DNA of 62,102 nt, counting the filler, from Chiloscyllium plagiosum (lineage: Eukaryota), in NCBI RefSeq assembly GCF_004010195.1. It is 4 parts of one record of this genome, joined end to end, with 100 filler letters (N's around TTAATTAATTAA, not from the genome) between each part and the next. Parts side by side here need not be neighbours in the genome. Positions count along the whole stretch, not along the records: positions 1 to 25,578 come from NC_057716.1; positions 25,679 to 49,982 come from NC_057716.1; 2 more parts are not named here. One strand, given 5' to 3'. The position numbers were made by a program, and so were the translations under genes. Position 1 is the stretch's first letter; each line of letters starts with the position of its first letter. Positions 25,111 to 39,250 of this stretch are shown one piece after another. The notes under the pieces are model-generated. The model did not search any database. It was given only the letters and a program-made list of their open reading frames with translations, and was not told the origin of the DNA.

Positions 25111-25578
25111 TACATTATTGCTGAACATGATCATGGCTGATCATCTAACTCTGTAGCTTCTTGCCATACCCTTTAACCTGAAGAACTATAGTGACCTACT
25201 TCATGAAAGCGTTCAATTATAGTCCTCAGTGTTTCCGGTGGCTGTCCTGTACCAACAACAGCAGCTCTCCATCTGTGTGCCTCCAGCCCATTTCAATGTG
25301 TCTAGCCTGTACTGCCACTCCATGCTGTGTATAACCAACCAACTTCCCATTCCTCTGCAATAGGTTTAACCAGCGACATGTCCCCCTATGGCACCAACAG
25401 GTTGGTCTCTCCCAATGTCTGCCATGACAGTGTATATGATATCCACAAGATTCACTTCACCCACATTGTTTGAGGTTGTTTAGAACAGCATTGCTCCAAG
25501 TAGGAAACCCTGGGGATACCATTAGAATCCACTGAACAGCCTGGAAACGAGCAATTCACCCCCACTCCCTCTCCACCC

Positions 25579-25678
25579 NNNNNNNNNNNNNNNNNNNNNN
25601 NNNNNNNNNNNNNNNNNNNNNNTTAATTAATTAANNNNNNNNNNNNNNNNNNNNNNNNNNNNNNNNNNNNNNNNNNNN
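25579..25678. other. Artificial scaffold-join spacer N44-TTAATTAATTAA-N44
   Basis: Exactly 100 nt; stop codons in all six frames; identical at two other sites. Confidence 0.95.
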
Positions 25679-26690
25679 GGAGGGAGTGGGGGACGGAGGG
25701 AGTCAGTGACCAGTGGTGTCCCACAGGGATCTGTTCTTCGGCCTCTGCTGTTTGTAGTTTTTATAAATGACTTGGATGAAGAGGTGGAGGGGTGGGTTAG
25801 TGAGTTTGCTGATGACACAAAGGACGGTGGTGTTGTAGATAGTGTCGAGGACCTGTTGTAGGCTACAACAAGATATTGACAGGATGCAGAGCTGGGCTGA
25901 GAAGTGGCAGATGGAGTCCAACCTGGATAAATGTGAAGTGATTCATTTTGGAAGGTGGAATTTGAATGCTGATTACGGGGTTAAAGACAGGATTCTTGGC
26001 AATGTGGAGGAACAGAGGGATCTTGGGGTCCATGCATATAGATCCTTCAAAGTTGCCACCCAAGTTGGGAGGGTTGTTAAGAAGGTGAATGGTGTTTCGG
26101 CTTTCATTATCGGGGGATTGAGTTTAAGAGCCTCAAGGTTATGCTGCAGCTCAATAGAGTCCTGGTTAGACAACACTTGGAATATTGTTTCCACTTCTGG
26201 TCACCTTGTTAGAGGAAGGATGTAGATGCTTTAGAGAGGGTGGGATGTTACCTGGACTGAAGAGACTGTCTTATGAAGAAAGGTTGAGGGAGCTAGGGTT
26301 TTTCACATTGGAGAGAAGAAGGATGAGAGGTGACTTGATAGAGGTGTACACGATAATGAGAGGCAGAGATAGAGTAGACAGCCAGAGACTTTCCCCCAGG
26401 GCAGAAATGGCTGTCATGAGGGGGCATAATTTTAAGGTGATTGGAGGAAGGTATAGGGGAGATGTCAGAGATTGGTTCTTTACGCAGAGAGTGGTGGGTG
26501 CATGGAATGCATTGCCAGCGGTGGGAGTACAGTCAGAGACATTAGTGGCTGCTGGACAAGCCCATGGATGGCAGTAAATTGAGGGACGTGTAGGTTAGGG
26601 TTGGTCTTAGATTAAGATAAATGCTCGGCACAACATTGAGGCTGAAGGGCTCGTACTGCACTGTTCTATGTCCCATGCACTTTGTTCTAT
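25679..26690 (+). mobile_element. CR1 LINE 3' ~1 kb
   Basis: [49 protein letters not shown]. Confidence 0.92.
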
Positions 26691-28057
26691 GTTTGAACTC
26701 GGATTTCTCTTCCCAGGTACTGCTGGACCTGCTGAGCTTTACCAGTACCTTCTGTTTTTATAGCTAAGGATCCCAATCCAATGAATGAAAAGATTCCAGG
26801 ATCGCAAAAGAGCACACCTGTCCCTTTTATATGGTCCCTTCTGAATTATACCGTCTGTCTTGCTCCATACACCTACCTGGTTACTGGTTAATATGGGGTG
26901 TACAATAGACCAGACCAATCAGGGCTGATCAATACTGAGACTCTGAATACATCCACAGGATAAGGGTGTCACTGGCTGGGCCCCCGGTTCTTGCCAGTTC
27001 CGAGCTGCCCTTGGGGAAGGTGATGGTGACCTGCCTTCTGAGTTAATTGTCAAGACAACAAAGATGTAAATAGTACCTGTGGGCTGTTTGAAAATGTAAC
27101 ATTCCTGCAAATAGATCTGGAAATGAAAGAATCACAAGGGAAAAGGTTTTGAATCTATCCTGGTCTTGTCGTGGTTAAAGAGCCACCACACAAGATATTG
27201 ACGACCAATATGGTTTTGGTATCTGTCAATCTACCCTGAGGGAATATACCCTGGAGAAGACCATTCCTCCGGAGAGTCCAGCAACTTGCCAACAGATGTT
27301 CAACCATCTGGTCTGTATTTCCATGGTTTCCCACAGTCTCTTTTCTTAAATAGCAGCGTGACATGCAAATACAAGGCTTGCTCAGTCAAGGCCACATTGA
27401 GCAAAGTGAGTGCTTTCATCATGACCTGCTTGAATGATAGCACAGGGTTCGAGGGGTAGAATGGCCCCCTATTGTTCCAATGAGACCAAACAGAGAGTTT
27501 GAATGATTCTGTTTTCCTTGGCTTTAATCACCTCCTCTGAAAGATCCCACGTAGTAATTCTGAGCATTCTGAATATTGCAGTAGAGCCAGGAGACAATGA
27601 CCTTGCCTTGTTTCTCAGGCTGGTTCAGTCAAATGGGTTTTGAGCTCCGTGACCTCACTGCTTTCTGTTCTCCTTTGAGCTAGTATCTAACCATTTGATC
27701 CTTTGGCCAGTTCCAAGGATCTGGTAACCACTGATCCACAGAGAGAATCGAGAGCTGACCCTAAACACAGGTTTGTGGGAAAACCCTGCTCTGATTCATT
27801 AGACCACAGGAAACAGGAACAGGAGGAGGCTATTCGACCCCTCAAGCCTGTTACACTAATAGAATCAAGCTGATCCCAACACTCCTCACGTTCACCTTCC
27901 TGCCCTTTCTCTGTACCCCTCGGTTCCCTAATTGATCAAGATGGATGCAATCACACATCAGAAATTCTAACTGACTAATGAGCTACAAGAGTGTGTGTGT
28001 AACAGTAACCATACACCTTAGCCTCTACATTCTCTCCACCACTTCCACCAGTCATAA

Positions 28058-29440
28058 TCAGTTAGTCATAGAGTCGTAGTGATGGAAACAGACCCCACAG
28101 TCCAACTCAGTTAGTCATAGAGTCGTAGTGATGGAAACAGACCCCACAGTCCAACTCGTCCATGCCGACCAAATATCCCAACCCAATCTAGTCCCACCTG
28201 CCAGCACCCAGCCCATATCCCTCCAAACCCTTCCTATTCATATACCCATCCAGATACCTTTTAAATGTTGTAATTGTACCAGCCTCCACCCCTTCCTCTG
28301 GTAGCTCATTCCATAGGGGAAAGTGAGGATTGCAGATGCTGGAGATCAGAGCTGAAAATGTGTTGTTGGAAAAGCGCAGCAGGTCAGGCAGCATCCAAGG
28401 AGCAGGAGAATCGACGTTTTGGGCATAAGCTTCAGGATTCCTGAAGAAGGGCTTATGCCCAAAACGTCGATTCTCCTGTTCCTTGGATGCTGCCTGACCT
28501 GCTGCGCTTTTCCAGCAACACATTTTTAGCTCATTTATGTTCTAGTCTAGGAAGGAACATATTGGAATGCGGTGCTAATGGAGTTTCACAACATCTTTCC
28601 GATAGGAAGGAGACCAGAATTGCACGCAATATTCCAATGCCCTATACAGCTGCAACATGACCTCCCAACTCCTGTACTCAATACTCTGACCAATAAAGAA
28701 AGCATACCAAACGCCTTCATCACTATCCTATCTACCTGCAACTCCACTTTCAAGGAGCTATGAACCTGCACTCCAAGGTCTCTTTGTTCAGCAACACTCC
28801 CTAGGACCTTACCATTAAGTGTATAAGTCCTGCCCTGATTTGCCTTTCCATAATGAGGCACCTCGCATTTATCTAAATTAAACTCCATCTGCCACTTCTC
28901 AGTCCATTGGCCCATCTGGTCAAGATCCTGTTGTAATCTGAGGTAACCATCTTCACTGTCCACTACACCTCCAATTTTGGTGTCATCTGCAAACTTACCA
29001 ACTGTACCTCTTATGCTCACATCCACATTTTTTTTATATAAATGAAGAAAAGTAGAGGGCCCAGCACCGATCCTTGTGTCACTCCACTGGTCACAGGCCT
29101 CCAGTCTGAAAAACAACTCTCCACCACCACCCATGTCTTCTACCTTTGAGCCAGCTCTGTATCCAAATGGCTACTTCTCCCTGTATTCCATGAGATCTAA
29201 CCTTGCTAATCAGTCTCCCATGGGGAACCTTGTTGAACGCCTTACTGAAGTCCATATAGATCACATCTATCACTCTGCCCTCATCAATCCTCTTTGTTAC
29301 TTCAAAAAACTCAGTCAGTTTTGTGAGACATGATTTCCCACGCACAAAGCCATGTTGACTATCCCCAATCAATCTTTGCCTTTCCAAATACATGTACATC
29401 CTGTCCCTCAGGATTCCCTCCAATAACATGCCCACCACCG
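28058..29440 (-). mobile_element. CR1 LINE 3' fragment with a PLE hairpin insert
   Basis: QHGFVRGKSCLT, YMDFSKAFNKVPH, KFADDTK. Confidence 0.9.
28316..28532. mobile_element. Family-A Penelope-derived palindromic element
   Basis: GAAAGTGAGGA.TGCAGATGCTGG start; arms ~28350-28430 and ~28450-28532 are reverse complements. Confidence 0.8.
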
Positions 29441-29849
29441 ACTTTGTTAAATTTGTCCACCCTAGTCCAACACCGACACCTCCAAGTCATAATCATAGAA
29501 CTGTTACAGTGCCAAAGAAGGCCATTTAGCCCATTTTGTCTGTGGTGGCTTTCCGAATTAACAATTGACTCTGTGTTACTCTCCCACCTTCTGTCTGTCA
29601 TCCACACCATCCTCCTTTTTGGAAAATTCCCTTTTCAATGCTTCAGTGGAACCTCCTTTCACCACACTCTCAGGCAGAACATTTCAGATCCTAACCACTC
29701 ACTGTGTGGAAATGCGGTTCCCCCTGTCACCATTGCTTTCATTGCCAATTACCTGTGTCCTCAGGATCCTCCATCCTTTGCCCATGGGATGTTTAAGCGC
29801 CTTGGGATTTTCAAAGCTTCTATTAAATCTCATCCTAGTTGCCGTTGGA

Positions 29850-30050
29850 GTCACTCACCATCCTGATTGGAAATATATCGCCGTTCCTTCAGTGTCACTG
29901 GGTCAGAATCCTGGAATTCCCTCCCTAAGGGCATTGTGGGTCTACCCACAGCACATGGACTGCAGTGGTTCAAGAAGGCAGCTCACCCCCACCAACTAGG
30001 GACGGGGTAATAAATGCTGGGCGCAAGACCCATGGAGGAATAAAGAAAAA
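29850..30050 (+). mobile_element. Second LINE family 3' tail inside an older CR1
   Basis: Match to the SWNSLPKGIVGLPTAHGLQ region. Confidence 0.8.
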
Positions 30051-30878
30051 ACCTCCACTTCTCCAATCTTTCTTCACAACTGAAATTCCACATCTCTGGA
30101 ACCATTCTCATGAATAATTTCTGCACTATCTCTCATGCCTGCACATCATTCCTAAAGTGTGGAGCTCAGAACTACACTAAACTCCAGCTGAGTTCTAACT
30201 ACCATCTTATATATATTCATTGCAAGCAGACCACTTCTGTCCCCGTTCCTATTTCTNNNNNNNNNNNNNNNNNNNNNNNNNNNNNNNNNNNNNNNNNNNN
30301 NNNNNNNNNNNNNNNNNNNNNNNNNNNNNNNNNNNNNNNNNNNNNNNNNNNNNNNNNNNNNNNNNNNNNNNNNNNNNNNNNNNNNNNNNNNNNNNNNNNN
30401 NNNNNNNNNNNNNNNNNNNNNNNNNNNNNNNNNNNNNNNNNNNNNNNNNNNNNNNNNNNNNNNNNNNNNNNNNNNNNNNNNNNNNNNNNNNNNNNNNNNN
30501 NNNNNNNNNNNNNNNNNNNNNNNNNNNNNNNNNNNNNNNNNNNNNNNNNNNNNNNNNNNNNNNNNNNNNNNNNNNNNNNNNNNNNNNNNNNNNNNNNNNN
30601 NNNNNNNNNNNNNNNNNNNNNNNNNNNNNNNNNNNNNNNNNNNNNNNNNNNNNNNNNNNNNNNNNNNNNNNNNNNNNNNNNNNNNNNNNNNNNNNNNNNN
30701 NNNNNNNNNNNNNNNNNNNNNNNNNNNNNNNNNNNNNNNNNNNNNNNNNNNNNNNNTGACCAACAAGGGACCTGGCTGGGTGCAGAAGGATCATCTCTAC
30801 TTCAGAGCCAGGAAGGAAACACCATCAAACTGACTTTCTAACTTTTCTCTACAGGCAAGTTAATATTCTCTCCATTTC

Positions 30879-31193
30879 TGTGTGCGTGTGCGCGGGTGTG
30901 TCAGAGTGTGTGTCTGAGTCTCTGTGTGTGTGTGTGAGTCTGTGTGTGTGTGTGTGTCTGTATATATGTGTGTGTGTGTGTCTGAGTCTGTATGTGTGTG
31001 CGCGCACGTGTGTCTGTCTATATGTGTGTGTGTGTCTGAGTCTGTATGTGTGTGTACGTGTGTGCGCGCGTGTGTGTCTGTATATATGTGTGTGTGTGCG
31101 TGTGTGAGTGTGTGTCTGTGGGTGTGTGCGTACGAGTGTGTGACTGGGTGTGTGTCTGAGTGAGTGTCTGTGGGTGTGTGTGCCTGAGTGTGT
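30879..31193. repeat. Imperfect (TG)n microsatellite
   Basis: Read directly. Confidence 0.9.
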
Positions 31194-31299
31194 AAGGGAA
31201 GGGTTTATTGGGTATTTAAACTGTTAACACAGTCAAAGAACAGAATGAAGGCCATTCAGCCATTGAGCCTGCAGTAGCTTGTCAAGGAAACACCATGAC

Positions 31300-33530
31300 C
31301 TCATAGAGTCATAGAGTCATACAGCACGGAAACAGACCCTTCGGTCCAACCAGTCCATGCTAACCATAATCACAAAGGAAACTAGTCCCAGCTGGCCGCT
31401 CCTTGCCCATATCCCTCCAAACCTTTCCTATTCATGTACTTATCCAAGTGTCTGTTAAACATTGTAACTGAACCCATATCCACCACTCCCTCAGGAAGTT
31501 CATTCCAAACACGAACTACTCTGTTTAAAAAAAAATGCCCTTCGTATCTTTTTTAAATCTTTCTCCTCTCAACTTAAAATGTGCCCCTTCAACTTGAAAT
31601 CCCCCACCCAAGGGAAAAGACACCATTCACTTCACCCTCATAAACCTCTGTCAGGTCACCTCTCAATCTCCTATGCTCCAGTGAAGAAAGTCCAGCCTCC
31701 GCTGATAACTCAAGCCCTAAGTGCCCCCCTCTTGCTTTTCCTCACATTACCTTTATCCACATCATCCCCAATGTCCCTGTGAAAGCCTCAGTTGAACCTG
31801 CCTCCCCCACATTTACAGGCAGTGCATTCTACACCCTCGCTACTCACTGAGTGAAAAAGTTCTTTTTCTTTCACATCACCTTAGCCTCATTTGCCCTCTC
31901 GTTCGTGTTTCCTCTACAAGCAGGAACAGCTTCTCCCTGTCCACTCTATCCAGCCCGCTCCGAATTTTGAAAAGCTTCATTAGATAAGACCATAAGAGAT
32001 AGGGTCAAGATTAGAGTGATGCTGGAAAAGCACAACAGGTCAGGCAGCATCCGAGGAACAGGAAAATCAACGTTTCAGGCACAACAGGATTGGGGGAGTC
32101 CAGCACTAGAGGTCATAGGTTTAGGTTGAGAGGGGAAAGATATAAAAGAGACCTAAGGGGCAACATTTTCACACAGAGGGTGGTGCGTGTATGGAATGAG
32201 CTGCCAGAGGAAGTGGTGGAGGCTGGTACAATTACAGCATTTAAGAGGCATCTGGATGGGTATATGAATAGGAAGGGTTTGGAGGGATATGGGCCGGGAG
32301 CTGGCAGGTGGGACTAGATTGGGTTGGGATATCTGGTCGGCGTGGACGGGTTGGACTGGAGGGTCGGTTTCTGTGCTATACATCTCTATGACTCTATGAG
32401 GTTTATTTGAAAATGACTTCACCTGATGAAGGGGCAGTCCTCTGAAATCTTGTGATCTCAAATAAACCTGTTGGACTATAACCTGGTGTTTTGTGATCTC
32501 TGACTTTGGGAGAAATAATAAGAAAAGGATTTTACACAATGTATGGTAGGTCTCTGGGGAGTGCTGAAGAACAAAGGGACCTTGGTGAACAAGGCTATAG
32601 ATCCCTGAAGGTGTCAGCACAGGGAGACAGGGTGGGGAGGAAGGCGTACGGGATATTTGCCTTCATCAGGGGCACAAAATATAGGAGCAAAGAACTTATA
32701 AAACATTGGTTAGGCCACAGCTAGAATATTGTGAACAGTTGTGGTCCCCACTCTATCGGAAGATGTGATTGTGCTGGAGGGGGTCCAGAGGAGATTCACC
32801 AGGATGTTGCCTGCGATGGAAAGTCTGAGTGATAAGGAGAGACTGGATAGGTGGGATTGTTTTCCCTGGAGCAGAGGAGGCTGACAGGGGTGGGGGGTGA
32901 GAGGGATCTGATTGTGGGAGACACAACTCTGAGAGGCACAGACAGGGCAGGTCATGAGAATCTCTTCCTGATGGCAGACGTGTCTCAGGCCAGAGGGGAT
33001 ACATTTAAGGTGAAGAGTGAGTGGTTTAGAGGGGATTTGAGGAAACACTTCCTCACCCAGAAGGTGGTAGAAATATGGCAGGTGCTGCCTAAGAGGTGGG
33101 GGCAGGGACTCTCCCAACATTGAAGACCCATTTGGATGAGCTCTTAAAACACCAGGGCACTGTCAGCTGTGCACCAGGGGCAGGGAAATGGGAGTGGTAT
33201 AGGTTGGTGTTCGATGGTCAACATAGACATGGTGGGCTGAAGGGCCTGTTTTATATTTGATGACTCTATGATTTATCTCTGCACCTTCCTCACAGCTCAC
33301 CATCAGCTCAAATTTGAAGATTTTACGTTTATTTCTCTCATCAAAATCATTAATATTTATTGTGAATAGGCAGGAACCTAGCACCGATCCCTGTGGCAAC
33401 CCACTCGTACTTGCCTGTCACTCAGAAAAAGATCCATTTATTCCTCCTCTATGTTTCCTGTCTGCCAACCAGTTCTCTATCCATCTCAATAGACTAGCCC
33501 CAATCCCATGTGCTTTAATTTCCTGTGCTA
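31300..33530. mobile_element. Cluster of CR1 fragments (31300-31720 minus, 32085-32398 plus, 32510-33270 plus, 33270-33530 minus) and PLE scraps
   Basis: FTQRVVRVWNELPEE, RGDLRKHFLTQKVV, PQGSVLG motifs. Confidence 0.8.
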
Positions 33531-34269
33531 AAGAAATTAAGAACTTTGTTAAACATGATGACTCTTTCAGATAACATTGAGATATCTCAGTTGGGCTGCA
33601 ATACCTTCCGTTAGACGTAAACTTGGAGAAATATCAAGCGTTCAGGCCCACACTCTCCTGCTTTCCACCTTTCTTCAATACAGAGTAAACATTTGTTGCA
33701 TTCCAGATCAATGGAATCTTTCCAGAATCCGGGTAATTTTAGAAAATTAACACCAAGTAACTGTTACCTCATGAACTACCTGCTAAGACCAGCTGCCAGA
33801 GAGATTTACCAGCTGCCAACTCCACCCCCACCTTCCCTATGACTGTAACGTCATTAAATGTCTCTCTCTCTTCTGCCACCTGATTTACACCAATTACTGA
33901 AATGGATTTTCTATCTTTTCATTTCATCTGTCACTTTCTTATGATCAATTTTTCACTCCCAATTCTCACTCTCTCGAGGAACATTCTCACATGCTCATTC
34001 CGTTCAGACATATTCAGAATCTCTTGCTGCCTGTTTTCATATTTCTAGCTGACTTCCTCCAATGGTCTAATTTCTTCTTCATGATTAACCTTTTCATCAT
34101 TCTCTACCATTCTTTATATTCTGACCAATCGTCTAACCTGTTACTTATCTTTGCACTGTAAGATTTTGTTTGGTTCAGTTTGATGGTTTCCCTCTTTCCT
34201 TTACCGAACTCTGGATGCAGGGAAGAAACAGGCCCAGGAATAGGTCATTCAGTCAGCCACACCCCCATT

Positions 34270-35224
34270 CACAGGGATCTATAGACCAGTAAGCCTAACA
34301 TCTGTGCTGCGTAAGTTACTTGAGAAGATTCTGAGGGATAAGATGTACATGCACTTTTGGAAAGATAGGGTTTGATTAGGAGTGGTCAGCATGGGTTTGT
34401 GATTGGAAGATCATGCCTCACAAATTTGTTAATGTTCTTTGATGAAGTGACTAGGAAGGTTGATGAAGGCAGGGTGGTAGATGTAGTCTATATGGATTTC
34501 AGTAAGGCCTTTGATAAGGTTCCACATGGTAGGCTGCTCTGGAAGGTTAGATTGCATAGAATCCAGGGAGAACTAGCAAATTGGATACACAATTGGCTTG
34601 ATGGTAGGAAGCAGAGGGTAATAGTGGAAGGATCCTTGTTGGACTGGAGGCCTGGGACTGGTGGAGTGCCTCAGGGGTCAGTGCTGGGCCCACTGCTGTT
34701 TGTTATCTATATTAATGATTTGGATGAGAATGTACAAGACATGATTAGTAAGCTTGCAGATGACACTAAAGTAGGCGATCTCATGGACAGTGAGGAAGGT
34801 TATCAGAAATTGCAGCAGGACCTTGATCAGCTGGGGAAGTGGACTGAGAAATGGCAAATGGAGTTTAATATAGATAAGGGTGAGGTCTTGTATTGTGGAA
34901 AGTCAAATCAAGCTGGAACAGAGGGACCTTGGAGTTAAGGTGCACGGTTCTCAGAAAGTGGAGTCCCAGGTGGACAGGGCAGTGAGGAAAGCTTTTGGTA
35001 CACCGGCCTTCATCAGTCAGGGCATTGAGTATAGGAGTTGGGACGTTATGTTGCAGTTGTACAGGACATTGGTGAGGCCACACTTGGAGTATTGTGTTCA
35101 GTTTTGGTCACCTTGCTACAGGAAGGATGTTATTAAACTGGAAAGAGTGTGGAAGAAATTTACAAGGATGTTACCAGGACTCAAGGGCCTGAGTTATAGG
35201 GAGAGGTGGGACAAGCTAGGACCA
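34270..35224 (+). mobile_element. CR1 LINE RT region running into a gap
   Basis: ORF 34372-34938: [41 protein letters not shown]. Confidence 0.93.
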
Positions 35225-36040
35225 NNNNNNNNNNNNNNNNNNNNNNNNNNNNNNNNNNNNNNNNNNNNNNNNNNNNNNNNNNNNNNNNNNNNNNNNNNNN
35301 NNNNNNNNNNNNNNNNNNNNNNNNNNNNNNNNNNNNNNNNNNNNNNNNNNNNNNNNNNNNNNNNNNNNNNNNNNNNNNNNNNNNNNNNNNNNNNNNNNNN
35401 NNNNNNNNNNNNNNNNNNNNNNNNNNNNNNNNNNNNNNNNNNNNNNNNNNNNNNNNNNNNNNNNNNNNNNNNNNNNNNNNNNNNNNNNNNNNNNNNNNNN
35501 NNNNNNNNNNNNNNNNNNNNNNNNNNNNNNNNNNNNNNNNNNNNNNNNNNNNNNNNNNNNNNNNNNNNNNNNNNNNNNNNNNNNNNNNNNNNNNNNNNNN
35601 NNNNNNNNNNNNNNNNNNNNNNNNNNNNNNNNNNNNNNNNNNNNNNNNNNNNNNNNNNNNNNNNNNNNNNNNNNNNNNNNNNNNNNNNNNNNNNNNNNNN
35701 NNNNNNNNNNNNNNNNNNNNNNNNNNNNNNNNNNNNNNNNNNNNNNNNNNNNNNNNNNNNNNNNNNNNNNNNNNNNNNNNNNNNNNNNNNNNNNNNNNNN
35801 NNNNNNNNNNNNNNNNNNNNNNNNNNNNNNNNNNNNNNNNNNNNNNNNNNNNNNNNNNNNNNNNNNNNNNNNNNNNNNNNNNNNNNNNNNNNNNNNNNNN
35901 NNNNNNNNNNNNNNNNNNNNNNNNNNNNNNNNNNNNNNNNNNNNNNNNNNNNNNNNNNNNNNNNNNNNNNNNNNNNNNNNNNNNNNNNNNNNNNNNNNNN
36001 NNNNNNNNNNNNNNNNNNNNNNNNNNNNNNNNNNNNNNNN

Positions 36041-36325
36041 CAGGTAGTCACGGAGGGAGCGGTCTTTGCGGAAGGCGGAGAGGGGTGGGGGGGGAAATAT
36101 ATCCCTGGTGGTGGGGTCTGTTTGGAGGTGGCGGAAATGTCGGCGGATGATTTGGTTTATGCGAAGGTTGGTAGGGTGGAAGGTGAGCACCAGGGGCGTT
36201 CTGTCCTTGTTATGGTTGGAGGGGTGGGGTCTGAGGGCGGAGGTGCGGGATCTGGACGAGATGTGTTGGAGGGCATCTTTAACCACGTGGGAAGGAAAAT
36301 TGCGGTCTATAGCCTGATCAATCCT
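36041..36325 (-). mobile_element. Penelope-like (family A) ORF fragment from the RT to GIY-YIG linker
   Basis: DRNFPSHVVKDAL..R.PLVLTFHP..IIRRHFRHLQTDP..IFP.PPLSAFRKDRSLRD.L. Confidence 0.8.
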
Positions 36326-36429
36326 GACATACCTGTGTTCCGTACTGACACATCTGTAACCTCCAATAGTACAGATTGTATCACTTGCAATACTGACCCA
36401 AACATACTCACATATAAACACACAGGTTA

Positions 36430-38915
36430 GGAGCACGAATAGTCCATTCAGCCCCTTGACTCTGCTCCACCATCCAATAAGAAATTTGCTGATGTGATTG
36501 TGACCTCACACATCACTCCAATAACCTTTCAACCCCGGGCCTTTAAAATATTTCAGAACTCTGTTTCCTCTTGCCTTCTCAGGGAGAGAGCTCCCAATAT
36601 TTATACCTTGGGAGAAAACATATTGTCTCATTTCTGTTTTAAGTGAGGGAAATCTGATTTTTAAACATCCCCTCTGCATCCACCCCGTCAAATCCCTCAG
36701 GATTTTATATGTTTCTATCAAGTCACCTCTTACCTCCAGTTTCTAACCTCCACTGGATATAATCCCAATGGGTCTAACCTTTCCTCTGAAGACCATTGCA
36801 GAGGTCATTCTGGTAAACCCTCTCTGAACAGCTTCCAATTCATTGACGTCCATGGTCTGTGACCAAGACCATACACAGAACTCCCAATGCAATCTCAGCA
36901 CTGTCCTCTACTGAAAGTATGACCTCCCTACTGTTGTGTTCAATTTCCAGTATGAGAAACAATAACATTCCATTTACTTCCCTTATCACGACAAACCTGT
37001 GATTCATGCACTGGGATACCCAGATCCTTCTGTATTTTAGAGCTCTGCAATCCCTCACCATTTAGACACTGCCGTCCAAACCCACAACCACTTCCATCGA
37101 GAAGGACAAGGGCAGCAGATACATGGGAACACCACCCCCTGCAAGTTTCCCTCCCAGCCCCTCACCATCCTGACTTGGAAATATATCGCCATTCCTTCAG
37201 TGTCACTGGGTCAGAATCCTGGAATTCCCTCCCTCGGGGCGTTGTGAGTCTACCCACAGCACATGGACTGCAGCAGTTCAAGAAGGCAGCTCACCCCCAC
37301 CTTCTCAAGGCATTTGGGGATATGGCAATAAATATTTGCTCAGCCAGTGTCCTCCATGAGTGAATAAATTAAGTCATCTCCTGTGGAAATGTATTTTCTT
37401 TCCCAGGGATGTATTAAAAAAGACTTAACACCCAACTGCAACTCTGTGCCTGGCATGCATTGTGTGAAAATTAGTGTGTTGTTCAGGTCACAGTTTGAGA
37501 ATAACCTTGAACACCCCTGCACTGCAGGTAAAATGGGAACAATATCTGTTGTTCTTAGTGAGGGCAACACCGCACCTTCAAAAGGAACCAAAACAAAATA
37601 ATTTCAACCAAGTTGCAAAATCAAGAATCTTGCTATTTCCAGTTGAATGGGAGTGTCCTATGTCAAGGGAGTTTTGGAATATTAAAAGCAATACATCATC
37701 TATCTCACTAGCCACTTCTTTTAAGAGCCTGGGATGAAGCCTATCAGGAGCTGAGTAATTGTCAGCCTCTAGCTCCAACAACTCACTCAAGACCACTTCT
37801 CTCTCTGGTGATTGTGATTTCCCTGAGTTCGCACATTTCCTGATTTATCGCTGCGTTTAATGTGTGTCCTCTACAGTGAAAGCTGATGCACAATATTTAT
37901 TTAATCCATCTGTGCTCATCTTATTTTCCATAATTAAAGTCCCGTGACTCACTTCCTAAATAGGAGAAAGTGAGGACTGCAGATGCTGGAGATCATAGCT
38001 GAAAATGTGTTGCTGGAAAAGCGCAGCAGGTCAGGCAGCATCCAAGGAGCAGGAAAATCAACGTTTCGGGCATAAGCCCTTCTTCAGGAATCTGAAGAAG
38101 GGCTCATGCCCGAAACATCGATTCTCCTGCTCCTTGGATGCTGCCTCTCTCTCTCTCTCTCTGTTCCTTTTCTCTCTCTCTCTCTAACTCCAGCTTTTCC
38201 TTCTTCATTAATTTTGGTCATTCTTTGCTGTTCTGATATTCTGTCCTACCCTCTGGTCTGGTCCTGCCTTGGCAGACTTAAATGTTATTTTTCTTTAGTT
38301 TGATGCTGTCTTTAACATTTCTAGTTAACCATGAAGGGTTAGCCCATCCCTTGGGAATTTTTCTGACATGTTGGAATGTATTCCGTGGATTCTGAAATAC
38401 CCCCTTAAATATTTGACAGTGCACCTTTATTGATTTATCCTTTAAATGAATTTGCCAATACACTTTATTCATAGACTCTTCACAATTCTTATTCAACTTT
38501 ATAACAAAATTCTATGCTGACATAGAGTCATAGAGATGTACAGCACGGAAATAGACCCTCTGGTCCAATTCATCTATGCTGACCAGATATCCTACACTAC
38601 TCTAGTTCCATTTGACAGCATCTGGCCCATATCCCTCCAAATCCTTCCCATTCATATCCCCATCCAGATGCCTTTTAAGTGTAATTGTACCAGCCTCCAC
38701 CACTTCCTCTGGCAGCTCATTTCATAAACGTACCACACTCTGTGTGAAAAAGTTGCCCCTTACGGCACTTTCAAATTATTCCCCTCTCATCGTAAGCCTA
38801 TGCCCTCTAGTTTTGGACTCTCCTTCTCTGCGTAAAAGACTTTGGCTAATCATCCTATCCATACCCTTTATTATTTCATAAACCTCTATAAGGTCACTCC
38901 TCAACCTCCCTTTGC
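36430..38915. mobile_element. CR1 fragments (minus), a second-LINE tail (37065-37365 plus) and a family-A PLE hairpin (37961-38145)
   Basis: IETYKILR, PDRLHPRLLKEVA; GGAGAAAGTGAGGACTGCAGATGCTGG start. Confidence 0.75.
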
Positions 38916-38923
38916 ATAACTGA

Positions 38924-39250
38924 GGTGGCTCAGTGGTTAGCACGGCTGCCTCACAGCACCAGGGATTTGGGTTTGGTTCCAGCTTTGGGCAACTGTCTGT
39001 GTGGAGTTTGCACATTCTCCCCGTGTCTGCGCAGGTTTCCTCTAGGTGCTCCGGTTTCCTCCCACAATCCAAAGATGTGCAGGTTAGGGGAATTGGCCAT
39101 GCTAAATTGGCCATAGCTTTCAGGGATGTGTAGGTTAGGTGCGTTAGACAGAGTAAATGTAGGGGAATAGGTCTGGGTGGATTACTCTTTGGAGGGTCAG
39201 TGTAGACTTTTTGGGCCAAATGGCCTGTTTCCATACTGTAGGGATTCTAT
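38924..39250 (+). mobile_element. HE1-type V-SINE
   Basis: Head, V-domain and tail present. Confidence 0.9.

Noticed and set aside
25260..25560. Unique-looking sequence with an acceptor-like site on the minus strand
   Set aside because: Reads as a heavily decayed CR1 RT (GIPQG-like, EWQ-like motifs)
26876..27110. Exon-like minus-strand segment ending CAG|gtaggt
   Set aside because: Stops in all frames I read, and part of it matches the decayed tail of the second LINE family
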